Shown: positions 20,548-30,500 of the stretch, piece after piece
How the letters are laid out: each line of letters begins with the position of its first letter
How positions within the stretch are numbered: the stretch's first letter is position 1
Source of the DNA: an uncultured Pseudomonadales bacterium
GTDB lineage: Bacteria; Patescibacteriota; Microgenomatia; UBA1400; PJMF01
DNA: 64,000 nt
Direction: 5' to 3'
Assembly (NCBI GenBank): GCA_964511345.1
Contig: CAZEEV010000001.1
Coordinates: forward strand, 220,342 to 284,341
Translations under genes and position numbers: made by a program
Notes under the pieces: generated by a model
What the model saw: only the letters and a program-made list of their open reading frames with translations
Told to the model about the DNA's origin: nothing
Databases searched by the model: none

Positions 20548-20715
20548 TTAATTGCTCTTGCTACGCAAGATTAATCATCTGAGCGACCGAAGGGAGTCCA
20601 CTCTTCGAATACTAGGAGGGTGCTAGTCGCACTCTCCGTCGGAACCCTCTTTTCAGCTTTTTCTTTCACTCGCTCTTTCACATGATTGCTCTTGCTGCGC
20701 AAGAGTAATCATGTG
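20548..20715 (-). repeat. tRNA-Gly-associated repeat unit. It comprises a degenerate copy of the tRNA-Gly(CCC) T-arm/acceptor 3' segment carrying a 43-nt GC-rich insert, flanked by two copies of a roughly 30-bp hairpin-forming direct repeat.
   Basis: Minus strand ...GAGGGUUC[CGACGGAGAGUGCGACUAGCACCCUCCUAGUAUUCGAAGAGUG]GACUCCCUUCGGUCGCUCA; the authentic tRNA has GAGGGUUCGACUCCCUUCGGUCGCUCA. The direct repeats attgctcttgctacgcaagattaatcatctgagcgaccgaagggagtc (about 20548-20598) and attgctcttgctgcgcaagagtaatcatgtgagcgaccgaagggagtc (about 20686-20733) each form a long imperfect hairpin. Confidence 0.6.
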
Positions 20716-20786
20716 AGCGACCGAAGGGAGTCGAACCCTCACCTCAAACTTGGGAAGTTCGTATTCTACCGCTGAACTACGGTCGC
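20716..20786 (-). tRNA. tRNA-Gly (anticodon CCC)
   Basis: Acceptor GCGACCG/CGGTCGC, anticodon loop UUCCCAA, T arm GAGGG-TTCGACT-CCCTT, discriminator U. Confidence 0.85.
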
Positions 20787-20833
20787 TATTGATAAGTTTA
20801 GGAAGATTATAGCAAACTTTAAATACTTTAAAA

Positions 20834-21058
20834 TCAAGTGCTAGAAGATTCTTTTTTTGAAATCAGAGCTCTAATGGCAATTACTTGTAGATTTGTTTCT
20901 AGAGCTTCATCACTTAATCCACCTGCTAACTGTATTGAGTTAATTATTTCTCTTAATTCGTCTAGTGTTTTATTTCCAAAATTTTCTGATTCTTCAGTTA
21001 CTCTTTCTTTATAAGCTTTTTCAAGATATTCATCAGTTATAACCATGTTTTCCAGCAT
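20834..21058 (-). CDS. Hypothetical small acidic protein (74 aa)
   Basis: An ORF with a plausible upstream AT-rich promoter region and no recognisable motif. Confidence 0.3.
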   Translation of the reverse strand: MLENMVITDEYLEKAYKERVTEESENFGNKTLDELREIINSIQLAGGLSDEALETNLQVIAIRALISKKESSST

Positions 21059-21209
21059 TTGTGTCCTTTATTTAGTTTGGTTAACTATATATTAGTCTAT
21101 CAAACATATAAAAAATTACAATTATAAGTAATAAAAATACTAAAATTAATATTTTTATAAAGCTACTTGAATTGTTTTTGTCATAAACACAAAGTAGAAT
21201 TATGATGAG

Positions 21210-22115
21210 ATGGTGAAGTTACAATATTCTGAAAGAAAAAAAGGAATCGTAGCTCTTTTTGTATTAGTAATAATTTGGGGTATCCTTCCAATTATTCCAA
21301 GATTTTTAAGTATTGATTTTAAATTGTTTCAACAAGTCTATCTTCGCATGTCGATCGGCCTTATTTTGTCTTTGCTTATATTTTCAAAAAATATAAATCT
21401 TAAAAAAATAATACTAACACCAAAAAAAGATTTATTTTTAATTCTTTTTAGAGCTACTTTTTATTATCTAGTAGGAGTTGTTTTGAATACTCAAGCACTT
21501 CTGCTAACTAAAATCAGCAACGTCACTCTTATTGGGGCTCTACCCATCACCTCATTATTAGGTTTCATTGTTCTCAAAGAAAAGTTTTCAGTAAAAAAAT
21601 TTATATTAGTTTGCTTAGCATTTTTCGGAGTTTTAATTGTATCAATAAATAATTTTTCAAATTTTTCTTTTGGATACGGAGAATTGCTTGCCTTACTTTC
21701 TTCATTATGTATATCGCTAGCTCTAATATCTAGAAAATGGCAATCTAAATTTCTCAATGATCAAGAAACAACAATTCTAATTCTTTCAATTTCCGCTGTT
21801 GAAATTTTCTTCGCTTCAATAATTAAAGGAGAGGGCATTCCAAACACTACTTGGAGTTTTAGTATTGTTGGTTTTCTAGTTTTAGGTGGAATTTTAAATG
21901 CTGGAACAAGTTTCTTTTCAAATTATGGTTTTGCTCGTGTTGATGCAGTTTTAAGTGGAAATATATTGATGCTTGAACCTATTCTTGCTTCAATATTTGC
22001 TTTCATTATTTTTAATGAAATCCCAGTTCCCAAAGAAATCTTTGGAGGGATAATTATACTTTTCAGCGTTATTATGATGAATCGCATAGAAAACAAGCAA
22101 TTAAAAAATGCCTAA
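21210..22115 (+). CDS. EamA/DMT-family transporter (10 TM)
   Basis: 301 aa with two 5-TM halves typical of drug/metabolite transporter (EamA) repeats. Confidence 0.7.
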   Translation: MVKLQYSERKKGIVALFVLVIIWGILPIIPRFLSIDFKLFQQVYLRMSIGLILSLLIFSKNINLKKIILTPKKDLFLILFRATFYYLVGVVLNTQALLLTKISNVTLIGALPITSLLGFIVLKEKFSVKKFILVCLAFFGVLIVSINNFSNFSFGYGELLALLSSLCISLALISRKWQSKFLNDQETTILILSISAVEIFFASIIKGEGIPNTTWSFSIVGFLVLGGILNAGTSFFSNYGFARVDAVLSGNILMLEPILASIFAFIIFNEIPVPKEIFGGIIILFSVIMMNRIENKQLKNA

Positions 22116-22195
22116 TCGGGATCACCCTGCGGGTACTAGTCTGGCGCTTCGTAATTTAAAACATCAGTGCTCGCCATACGGCGCGAACATGGCTA
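22113..22195 (-). repeat. tRNA-Asp-associated repeat unit (partial tRNA-Asp T-arm copy plus a GC-rich insert)
   Basis: Minus strand ...CCAUGUUC[GCGCCGUAUGGCGAGCACUGAUGUUUUAAAUUACGAAGCGCCAGACUAGUACCCGCAGGGU]GAUCCCGAUUAGG, against authentic GGUUCGAUCCCGAUCGAGG. It shares ACGAAGCGC, CUAGU and CCCGCAGGG with the other units. Confidence 0.5.
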
Positions 22196-22218
22196 GATCT
22201 CTCAATGAGTTCTTAAAA

Positions 22219-22252
22219 TAAAAAATCCAGACCTTAGTCTGGAATTTTTATT
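22219..22252. terminator. Bidirectional intrinsic terminator between the EamA gene and tRNA-Asp
   Basis: aaaaaatCCAGACcttaGTCTGGaattttta: a 6-bp GC-containing stem flanked by an A-run and a T-run. Confidence 0.6.
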
Positions 22253-22255
22253 TTG

Positions 22256-22328
22256 CGACCTCGATCGGGATCGAACCGACGATCTTCTCCGTGACAGGGA
22301 GACATGTTAACCACTACACCACGAGGCC
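22256..22328 (-). tRNA. tRNA-Asp (anticodon GUC)
   Basis: Acceptor GGCCTCG/CGAGGTC, anticodon loop CUGUCAC, T arm GTCGG-TTCGATC-CCGAT, discriminator G. Confidence 0.9.
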
Positions 22329-22560
22329 TTTTTAAAGATTTAGAAGCTTTATTATATTTCAGACCCTCCTTTTTTGCAAAGCAAGAAAAAGGAGTTGGTA
22401 TGAAAGATGTTTTAGCGAATTTCAGGCCCTCATATTTCTTATTGCAGTCCGTCCTCCGTCTACACTTTGGACATTCCCTCGCAAAGCTCGGTCAAAAAAC
22501 GAGACAAATTTGCACAAAAATGCTACAATGAAAACTCATTAATATATAAAAAAGGAACCT

Positions 22561-23139
22561 ATGATTATCGCCTTAATTATTTTAGCTGTAGTTGTTCTCT
22601 ACGTAGTTGGAATTTACAATTCTCTACAAACTCTCAAGACTCAAATCAAAGCCAGTATTCAAGAAATTGGCAACCAATTAAAACGCCAAGCAGGCTTGAT
22701 TCCTAACTTAGAAGTTGCTGTCAAAGGTCAACTCAAACACGAAAAAGGCATTTACGAAATGCTTACTGATGCTCGCAAATCGGTCAATAAAGCTGACGCT
22801 TCCGGTTCAGCCAAAGATATTGATCAAGCAGTAGCTAAAATCCAAAATTTAATCCCACAAATTCAAGTGATGGTAGAAAGTAATCCAGAATTAAAAGCTA
22901 ACGAAGCTATTACCAAATTCATGGATGAACTAACTGATACTGCAGATAAATTGACTTACGCACGTCGTAGCGTCATTGATCTGTCTCAGAGTTTTAATGA
23001 AAAATTAGTAGTTTTCCCTTCTAATATTGTCGCTAATTTATTCGGCTTCAAAGAAGAAAAGGGCATTACCACTTCAACAACTGGCGCTCACATGGAAGTC
23101 AGTAGTGAAGAAGAGAAAAGTCCTAAAGTAAACCTCTAA
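22561..23139 (+). CDS. lemA: LemA family protein
   Basis: 192 aa. N-terminal TM followed by a coiled domain with the LemA signature (...YEMLTDAR...LTYARRS...). Confidence 0.8.
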   Translation: MIIALIILAVVVLYVVGIYNSLQTLKTQIKASIQEIGNQLKRQAGLIPNLEVAVKGQLKHEKGIYEMLTDARKSVNKADASGSAKDIDQAVAKIQNLIPQIQVMVESNPELKANEAITKFMDELTDTADKLTYARRSVIDLSQSFNEKLVVFPSNIVANLFGFKEEKGITTSTTGAHMEVSSEEEKSPKVNL

Positions 23140-23143
23140 GTTT

Positions 23144-24055
23144 ATGACTCACTATCAGTTAGTTGCGAAAAATAAGCAACGATCTTTTTTGATTATCTTC
23201 ATCTTTATTGCCTTCATCGTCGGAGCTTCTTATTTGATGGCAGAAGGCTTTGGTTATTCTTTAGATATCGTAGCCTGGGCTTTGATTTTTTCTGGAGCAA
23301 CTTCTTTCTTTAGTTATTTTTACTCAGATAAAATCATTCTTGGTATTTCTGGAGCTAAAGAGGCTAAGCGAAAGGAATTTTTTGACTTCTACACGGTCAC
23401 TGAAAACATTTGCCTAGGACAAAAAATGCCCATGCCTAAACTTTATGTGATTGAGGACAGTGCTATGAATGCTTTTGCCACTGGACGCAATCCAGAGCAC
23501 GCTGTGGTTTGCGCCACTACTGGTTTGTTAAGTCGTTTGAATCGCAGTGAAGTTGAGGCTGTCATTGCTCATGAAATGAGTCACGTTAAAAATTACGACA
23601 TTTTGCTCATGTCCGTCGTTTCTGTTTTAGTTGGCCTAATTGCTTTGTTAGCTGATTGGATGATGAGGATGTCTTTTTGGGGTGGGGGTAAAAAAAGAGA
23701 CAATAATGACAACGGTCAAATTGGAGCAATTATTGCTATCGTGGCAATAATTTTAGCGATTCTTTCACCAATTATTGCCCAACTAATTCAATTAGCCATT
23801 TCTCGCCGTCGCGAATTTTTAGCTGACGCTGGTAGTGCCAGCATGACTAAAAATCCACAAGGTCTCATTAAAGCTTTGAGTAAAATTAGTCAGGACAGCG
23901 AATCTTTGGAAGCTGCTAATAATGCCACTGCTCATTTGTATATCAGCAATCCACTAAAAAATGCCAAAGGAACCCATGCCTTTGCCAAGCTTTTTAATAC
24001 TCATCCACCAATTGAAGAAAGAATAAGGGCACTTCAAGAAATGCAAGCGATTTAA
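23144..24055 (+). CDS. htpX: M48-family zinc metalloprotease HtpX
   Basis: 303 aa. AHEMSHVKNYD contains HExxH; it has 4 TM helices and a second-half ...EFLAD... motif. Confidence 0.8.
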   Translation: MTHYQLVAKNKQRSFLIIFIFIAFIVGASYLMAEGFGYSLDIVAWALIFSGATSFFSYFYSDKIILGISGAKEAKRKEFFDFYTVTENICLGQKMPMPKLYVIEDSAMNAFATGRNPEHAVVCATTGLLSRLNRSEVEAVIAHEMSHVKNYDILLMSVVSVLVGLIALLADWMMRMSFWGGGKKRDNNDNGQIGAIIAIVAIILAILSPIIAQLIQLAISRRREFLADAGSASMTKNPQGLIKALSKISQDSESLEAANNATAHLYISNPLKNAKGTHAFAKLFNTHPPIEERIRALQEMQAI

Positions 24056-24083
24056 GCTTAAGAATGTGCTAAACTAAGCAACA

Positions 24084-24389
24084 ATGTCAGTCAACAATAC
24101 TCAAGTAAAACACATTGCCCAATTAGCTAATATTCCCATTAGTGAAGAGGAGAGTAATAAGCTTGCTCAAGATTTTAGTGAAACTCTCCAAGTAGTAGAC
24201 CAACTAAAAAAAGCTGACGTCTCTAAAGTAGAAATCACTCACCAGGTAACAGGCTTCAAAAATGTTTTCCGTGAAGATGTTGCTAAAGAAGATCAAAGCT
24301 TCACTCAAAAGGAAGCTTTGGCTAATGCTCATAAGACTTACAAAGGTTACTTTGTCGTGCCTTACGTTTTACAGAATAAGGACAATTAG
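24084..24389 (+). CDS. gatC: Asp/Glu-tRNA(Asn/Gln) amidotransferase subunit C
   Basis: 101 aa. Sits immediately upstream of gatA; ...VKHIAQLANIPISEEE... resembles GatC. Confidence 0.8.
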   Translation: MSVNNTQVKHIAQLANIPISEEESNKLAQDFSETLQVVDQLKKADVSKVEITHQVTGFKNVFREDVAKEDQSFTQKEALANAHKTYKGYFVVPYVLQNKDN

Positions 24390-24391
24390 TA

Positions 24392-25774
24392 ATGAAATTA
24401 AATGAATTAACTCTCAAAGAAAGTATTGACGCTCTAGATAAAAAAGAAGTCACTATTGAAGAAATTTATAGCGACTTAGACGCAGCCTACCAAAAGAAAA
24501 ACAAGGAATTAAATATTTATTTAAGTGTTGACACTGATGCCTTAAAAAAAGCTAAGGAAAACAAAGACAAACCACTTCGTGGTTTGCCAATCGCTGTTAA
24601 AGATAACTTTTGTACTAAAGGTCTACCAACTACAGCCTCATCTAAAGTTTTAGATGGCTTTTTACCTCAATATGAATCCACTGTTACCAAAAGATTAAAA
24701 GAAAATGGTGGTGTGATTTATGGCAAGACCAATATGGATGCTTGGGCTCATGGTTCTTCCACTGAAACCAGTGACTATGGTCGTACTCTTAATCCTCGTA
24801 ATCCTAAACATTTGCCAGGTGGATCCTCTGGTGGTAGTGCTGCCGCTATTGCTGCAGATCTTGCTATTTCTGCCATTGGTAGTGAAACGGCTGGCTCTAT
24901 TAGACAACCTGCTGCTTGGTGTGGAACGGTTGGTTTGAAACCAACTTATGGCAGAGTGAGTCGTTTTGGCGTGGTCGCCATGGCATCTTCTACTGATAGC
25001 CCAGGACCAATTGCTAAAACTGTTGAAGATGCTTGTATTTTACTTAATACTTTTGCTGGACCAGATGAAAAAGATGGCACCAGTAATAAAGAAAAATCTC
25101 CTGACTTTACTAGTTTCCTAAATCAAAGCATCAAGGGCATGAAAATTGGCGTTATCTATCAAGATGTTAAAGAAATAGCCGAAACTAATGAAAAATTGCT
25201 TAAGGAATTAGATATTCTCAAAGAAATGGGAGCTGAAATAGAAATTGTTCAGGCTATGGACCCTCATCATGCTATTGGTGTTTACACCGTGGTACAGAGG
25301 GCTGAAGTTAGTAGCAACTTAGCTCGCTATGACGGCATTCGCTACGGACATGATCGTTCTAATTTTGGCGATGAAGGCAAGAGACGTATTATGCTGGGCA
25401 CTTTTACTTTAACTAAAGGCTATGCTGACCGTTATTACAATTTGGCTCAAAAAGTCCGCACTCTTTATCTCAATGATTATAAAAAACTCTTTGCTAAATA
25501 TGATGTCTTAGTTTCACCAACTTCACCTTCTTTTGCTAAAGAAGTCGGCGCTTCTTTCAGTTCACCGATGTTTGGTGAATTAGAAGATATGTTACTTGAA
25601 GCTAGCTCAATCACTGGTTTACCAGGTGTAAACGTGCCTTTTTATCGTGACGAGAAAACCAATCTTTACCTTGGTGCTAATTTTATAGCTCCAATGTGGC
25701 GAGAAGATTTAGTCATTAAAGTTGCTGACGCTTTCGAAAAAAACAGCAAATGGAATTCATGGAGAAATAAATAA
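24392..25774 (+). CDS. gatA: Asp/Glu-tRNA(Asn/Gln) amidotransferase subunit A
   Basis: 460 aa. Amidase signature GGSSGGSAAAIAA and the catalytic Ser-cisSer-Lys context. Confidence 0.9.
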   Translation: MKLNELTLKESIDALDKKEVTIEEIYSDLDAAYQKKNKELNIYLSVDTDALKKAKENKDKPLRGLPIAVKDNFCTKGLPTTASSKVLDGFLPQYESTVTKRLKENGGVIYGKTNMDAWAHGSSTETSDYGRTLNPRNPKHLPGGSSGGSAAAIAADLAISAIGSETAGSIRQPAAWCGTVGLKPTYGRVSRFGVVAMASSTDSPGPIAKTVEDACILLNTFAGPDEKDGTSNKEKSPDFTSFLNQSIKGMKIGVIYQDVKEIAETNEKLLKELDILKEMGAEIEIVQAMDPHHAIGVYTVVQRAEVSSNLARYDGIRYGHDRSNFGDEGKRRIMLGTFTLTKGYADRYYNLAQKVRTLYLNDYKKLFAKYDVLVSPTSPSFAKEVGASFSSPMFGELEDMLLEASSITGLPGVNVPFYRDEKTNLYLGANFIAPMWREDLVIKVADAFEKNSKWNSWRNK

Positions 25775-27120
25775 TGCCATACAAACTCGTTTGTGGACTC
25801 GAAGTTCACGCTGAACTAAAAACTAAATCAAAAATGTTTTGTTCCTGCAAGAACGATCCTTTTGGTGCAGAACAACCTAACACTTATACTTGCCCAGTTT
25901 GTCTTGGCATGCCAGGAGCTCTGCCTGTTGCTAATCGTCAAGCGATTGAGTGGACCATTAAATTGGGTTTGGCACTTAATTGTAAAATTAATTTGTTCTC
26001 AAAATTCGATCGCAAAAATTATTTTTACCCAGATCTACCCAAAGGTTATCAGATTAGTCAGTATGACATTCCTTTTTGTTATGATGGGTATATTGACACC
26101 ACTGAAGGTCGCGTGCGTATTCATCGTATTCATCTCGAAGAAGACACTGCCAAGCTTTCACATCAGGAGATTGATTTAGATGGTGATGGCAAACTAGATA
26201 AAGCTACTTTGATCGATTTCAATCGTAGCAGTGTTCCTCTTGTAGAAATCGTCACTGAACCAGACATCATTTCAGCCATCCAGGCCAAAGAATATGGCCA
26301 AAAATTGCGCCAAATCATGCGTTATTTAGATATTGCCGACTGTGACATGGAGAAGGGTGGCATGCGTTTGGAGGCAAATATTTCTCTACGCAAAGAAGGT
26401 CATCAAGACCTTCCTAATTACAAAGTCGAATGCAAAAATATTAACTCTTTTAAATTTTTGGAAGCCGCCATTCATTACGAAATAACTCGCCAAACAGAAA
26501 TTTTGCAAAATGGTGAAACACCAGTCCAAGAAACTCGTGGTTATAATCCTAATACTAGTAAGACTTTTTCACAAAGAACTAAAGAAGATGCGGCTGATTA
26601 TCGCTATTTCCCAGATCCAGATTTGCCACCAATTGAATTTACGATAGAGGAAATTGAAAAAATTCGTCAAACAATACCTGAGTTACCAGAGTTAAAAGCC
26701 GTTCGTTTTGCTAGGGACTATGGTATCAATGAAAAAGTAGCCACAGAATTAGTCGCCAATAAACAAAAATCAGAATTTTTTGAAGAAATTTTGAAAATTG
26801 CTAAAAAAGAAAATTTAGATTGCCAAAAAATCATTAATAGCTTACTAAACAAAAAAATTGTTTTTGCTTTTAATGAAAAGCCAGAATCAATTCTTAATAA
26901 ATTTAAAGAGAATTCAAGTAGTGAAAACATTGACCAAGCAGAGTTACAAAAAGTCATTCAAGAAGTCTTACACCAAAATCAAGATGCTGTCACAAAATAC
27001 AAGGCAGGAAAAACTGCAGTTATCGGTTTCTTAATTGGGCAAGTTATGCGTCAATTAAATAAAAAAATCGACGTCAATTTGGTCAAAAAAGAATTGATTA
27101 TTTTCCTCGAAAAAAATTGA
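25774..27120 (+). CDS. gatB: Asp/Glu-tRNA(Asn/Gln) amidotransferase subunit B
   Basis: 448 aa. MPYKLVCGLEVHAELKTKSKMFCSC matches the GatB N-terminus. Confidence 0.9.
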   Translation: MPYKLVCGLEVHAELKTKSKMFCSCKNDPFGAEQPNTYTCPVCLGMPGALPVANRQAIEWTIKLGLALNCKINLFSKFDRKNYFYPDLPKGYQISQYDIPFCYDGYIDTTEGRVRIHRIHLEEDTAKLSHQEIDLDGDGKLDKATLIDFNRSSVPLVEIVTEPDIISAIQAKEYGQKLRQIMRYLDIADCDMEKGGMRLEANISLRKEGHQDLPNYKVECKNINSFKFLEAAIHYEITRQTEILQNGETPVQETRGYNPNTSKTFSQRTKEDAADYRYFPDPDLPPIEFTIEEIEKIRQTIPELPELKAVRFARDYGINEKVATELVANKQKSEFFEEILKIAKKENLDCQKIINSLLNKKIVFAFNEKPESILNKFKENSSSENIDQAELQKVIQEVLHQNQDAVTKYKAGKTAVIGFLIGQVMRQLNKKIDVNLVKKELIIFLEKN

Positions 27121-27185
27121 CAAATCGCCATAAACCAATTATGATCCACTTTTATATATAGCTTTTGCTATAAGAAAGGTCGATT

Positions 27186-27482
27186 ATGACTGAAGGCTTA
27201 CCAAAAGTTGATCAATCAGAGCTTTCTTCCCCCCAAGATAGAGATGAAGATATCCTTGCAAATCATACCTATGAATTATGGGGCCGAGCTGTGTTGTTAT
27301 GTCCTTATTTCAAAAGATTAAACGATGATGAAGCCAACCAATTAATGTTAACTATTCATAGATTTGGAGAAAGTTCCATACAAGTGAATAATATGCTTTT
27401 GCAACTTGATAAAAAATACAACCCTGAAGAACCCGAGCCACAACTTTCAGAGGGCATGCAAGAGCTTTTGAATCACGACTAA
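27186..27482 (+). CDS. Hypothetical small acidic protein (98 aa)
   Basis: An ORF between gatB and dnaE with no recognisable motif. Confidence 0.3.
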   Translation: MTEGLPKVDQSELSSPQDRDEDILANHTYELWGRAVLLCPYFKRLNDDEANQLMLTIHRFGESSIQVNNMLLQLDKKYNPEEPEPQLSEGMQELLNHD

Positions 27483-27535
27483 TATAAAACAGTTTTACAA
27501 ATCTCCTAATTAATGCTAGACTTTTCTCGAGAGAT

Positions 27536-30500
27536 ATGTCTAAGCAAAACTTCGTTCATCTACATGTTCACACCGAATACTCAATGTTGGATGGTTTAAG
27601 TAAAATTCCTGATTTGGTTAAGAAAGTCAAAGATTTAAAACAAACAGCCGTCGCTATTACCGATCATGGCAACATGTACGGCAACATTGCCTTTTACAAC
27701 GAATGTAAAAAAGAAGGCATCAAAGCCATCATTGGTGTTGAAGCCTATATAGCTAAAAATTCTCGTTTCGATAAACAAATTCGCGTTGGTTCTGATCAAT
27801 TTCATTTAACCCTGTTAGCTGAAAATTATGTTGGTTACAAAAACCTCATGAAAATGGTAACTATCGCCAATTTTGAAGGTTTTTCTTATAAACCACGTAT
27901 TGATGATGAGATTTTGGAAAAATACAGTGAAGGCGTCATTTTATTAAGTGGTTGTATGAGTAGTCAAACTAGCCGTTTATTGTTAGATGATAAAGACGAG
28001 AAGGCATTAGAAATATTTAAAAAATATAAAAAAATCTTCAAAGATCGCTTTTATATCGAAGTGCAAAACTCTCCACACATTGAAGAGAGTAAAACTCTGC
28101 GTGACAAACTCGTTCAAGTTGCTCGTCAATTAAATTTGCCACTGGTTGCTACCAATGATTCTCATTATCTAGAAAAAGAAGATGCTGAGGCTCAGGATGC
28201 GCTTTTATGTGTACAAACTCGCAAGCTCATTTCTGACGCTAAAAGAATGAAGATGGTAGATAAACCAGATTTCTACTTTAAATCCACTGAAGAAATGTCG
28301 GAATTATTTAGCGATCTTCCAGAAGCAATTGAGAATACAGTTAAAATTGCTGAGCGCTGTAATCTAGAAATTCCCACTGGTCATTTAATTTTCCCAAGTT
28401 ACGAATTGCCAAAAGGAGAGACTTACGATACTTATCTAAGAAAGTTGAGTTTTGAAGGTGCTAAGAAAAAATACGGCAAAATCACTCCAGAAATTGAAAA
28501 AAGACTCGAATATGAAATTGGTATTATTAACGGTAAAGGCTATCCTGCTTATTTTTTAATTACTCAAGATTTTGTGAACTGGGCTAAAAATCAAGGCATC
28601 GCTGTTGGTCCAGGTAGAGGCAGTGCCGCTGGCTCAGTAGTTTCTTATGCCCTTAATATAACTACTCTTAATCCATTGGAGCATGGTCTGCCATTTGAAC
28701 GTTTTCTTAACCCAGAACGCCCCACGCCGCCTGATATTGACATGGACTTTGCAGATATTAAACGCGATGAGGTGATTAATTATGTGGCTAAAAAATATGG
28801 CGAAGACCATGTGGCCGCTGTGATTACTTTTGGAAGAATGGAAGCTAGAGTTGCTGTCCGTGATATTGGCCGCGTTTTAGGTTTACCTTATGAAGATCCC
28901 GACCGTATCGCTAAATTAATTCCTAATGAACCAGGCAAAAAAGTTTCTATCAAATCAGCAATCGAAAATATCCCTGAGCTAGCCAGCTTATATAAACAAG
29001 ATAAGTTCAAAAGGCTACTAGACCTTGCTTCTAAGGTTGAGGGCACCATTAGACACTCAAGCATGCACGCTTGCGCTATTATCATTGCTGATAAATCGCT
29101 TGATAACTATACTCCTATTCAAAAAGACTCTCGTTCCGGCAAAACTCTTACCCAATTAGACATGTATTCTCTCGACTGTAATATCGATGACAACGCAGTT
29201 GGTTTACTGAAGTTTGACTTTTTAGGTCTTCGAAACTTATCCATCATCCAGGAGGCACTTAAATTAATTAAAATATATAAGAATAAAGATATTGCTATTG
29301 ATCGTTTACCACTTGATGATAAAAAAACTTTTGACCTTCTAGCTTCCGGCGACACGACTGGTGTTTTTCAACTTGAATCGGCTGGTATGAGACGTGTGGC
29401 TAAGTCACTTAAACCTAGTGCTTTTTCAGATATTACTGCTATGGTGGCACTTTATCGTCCAGGTCCAATGGATCTTATTCCACGTTTTATTGAAGGCAAA
29501 CATAATTCAGCTTCCATAGAATATCCTCATGAATCCCTTGAGCCATTTTTGAAAGAAACTTATGGCATCATGGTTTACCAAGAGCAGATTCTAGAAATTG
29601 TGCACTTTATGGCTGGCTATAGTTTGGGTGAAGCCGATATGTTGCGTCGCGCTATTGGTAAAAAGAAAAAGAAAATTCTTGATAAAAACAAAAATCGTTT
29701 CATTGAGGAATCAGTTAAAAATAATTACAAAAAAGAAACAGCAGAAAAAATTTGGGGATTCATTGAAGCCTTTGCTAATTATGGTTTTAATAAAGCTCAC
29801 GCAGCTTGCTATGCCATGATTGCCTATGAGACAGCTTGGCTTAAGGCTAATTATCCAGTGGAATATATGACCGCTTTGATGAGTGTTGAATCAAATTCTC
29901 ATGGCATGAATCGTGATGAAAAAATAGCCATTGCCATCGAAGATTGTCGCAAAATGGGCATCAAGATCTTAGCCCCAGACATTAATCTTTCCGCTCAAGA
30001 TTTTACAATTGAAACCAATAAAGATTCTAAAGAAAACATGGCTATTCGTTTTGGTTTAACTGCTATTAAACACGTTGGCAAAGCTGCCATTGAAAATATT
30101 ATTGAGGTCAGAAAAGCAGAGAAGAATTTTGCCTCATTCACACATTTTATTCAGGCTACAGATAGTCGTAAAGTTAATAAAAAAACCTTGGAATGTTTAA
30201 TTAAAGTGGGCGCTATGGATCGATTTGCAACAAGAGCTTCAATGCTAGAAAATCTCGATCAAATTCGTCAAAACGCTGGTCAATTTCAATCTGAAATTGA
30301 TGGGCAAGATCATTTATTTGCTAGCGTAAGCGAGAAGAGCACTGAAATCAAAGACAGTTTTATTAAACTCAAAGAATATCCAGAAGCAGAACTCTTATCC
30401 TTTGAAAAAGAGTTGCTTGGTTTATATCTGACTGATCATCCACTAGCCGACGCTCTTAGTTTAGTCAGTAAAAGATCTAATATGAAAATCGCTGAATTAG

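Noticed and set aside
20548-20733. Integrated mobile element with attL/attR formed by a duplicated tRNA-Gly 3' end
   Set aside because: The two copies are only about 135 bp apart and the interval contains no integrase or any ORF. The same kind of partial copy also recurs at four other tRNAs, so a single site-specific integration event does not explain it.
22304-22531. 75-aa ORF upstream of lemA (with an internal RBS-like AAGGAG before MKDVLANF...)
   Set aside because: It overlaps the predicted lemA promoter and the hairpin/direct-repeat region, has no homology signal, and is more likely non-coding. It is kept only as part of the regulatory-region finding.
27483-27540. 8-bp palindrome TCTCGAGA immediately 5' of the dnaE start, considered as a LexA/SOS box
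   Set aside because: It is too short, overlaps the RBS, and matches no LexA consensus (CTGT-N8-ACAG or CGAACRNRYGTTYC). No comparable palindrome is seen upstream of lexA itself.
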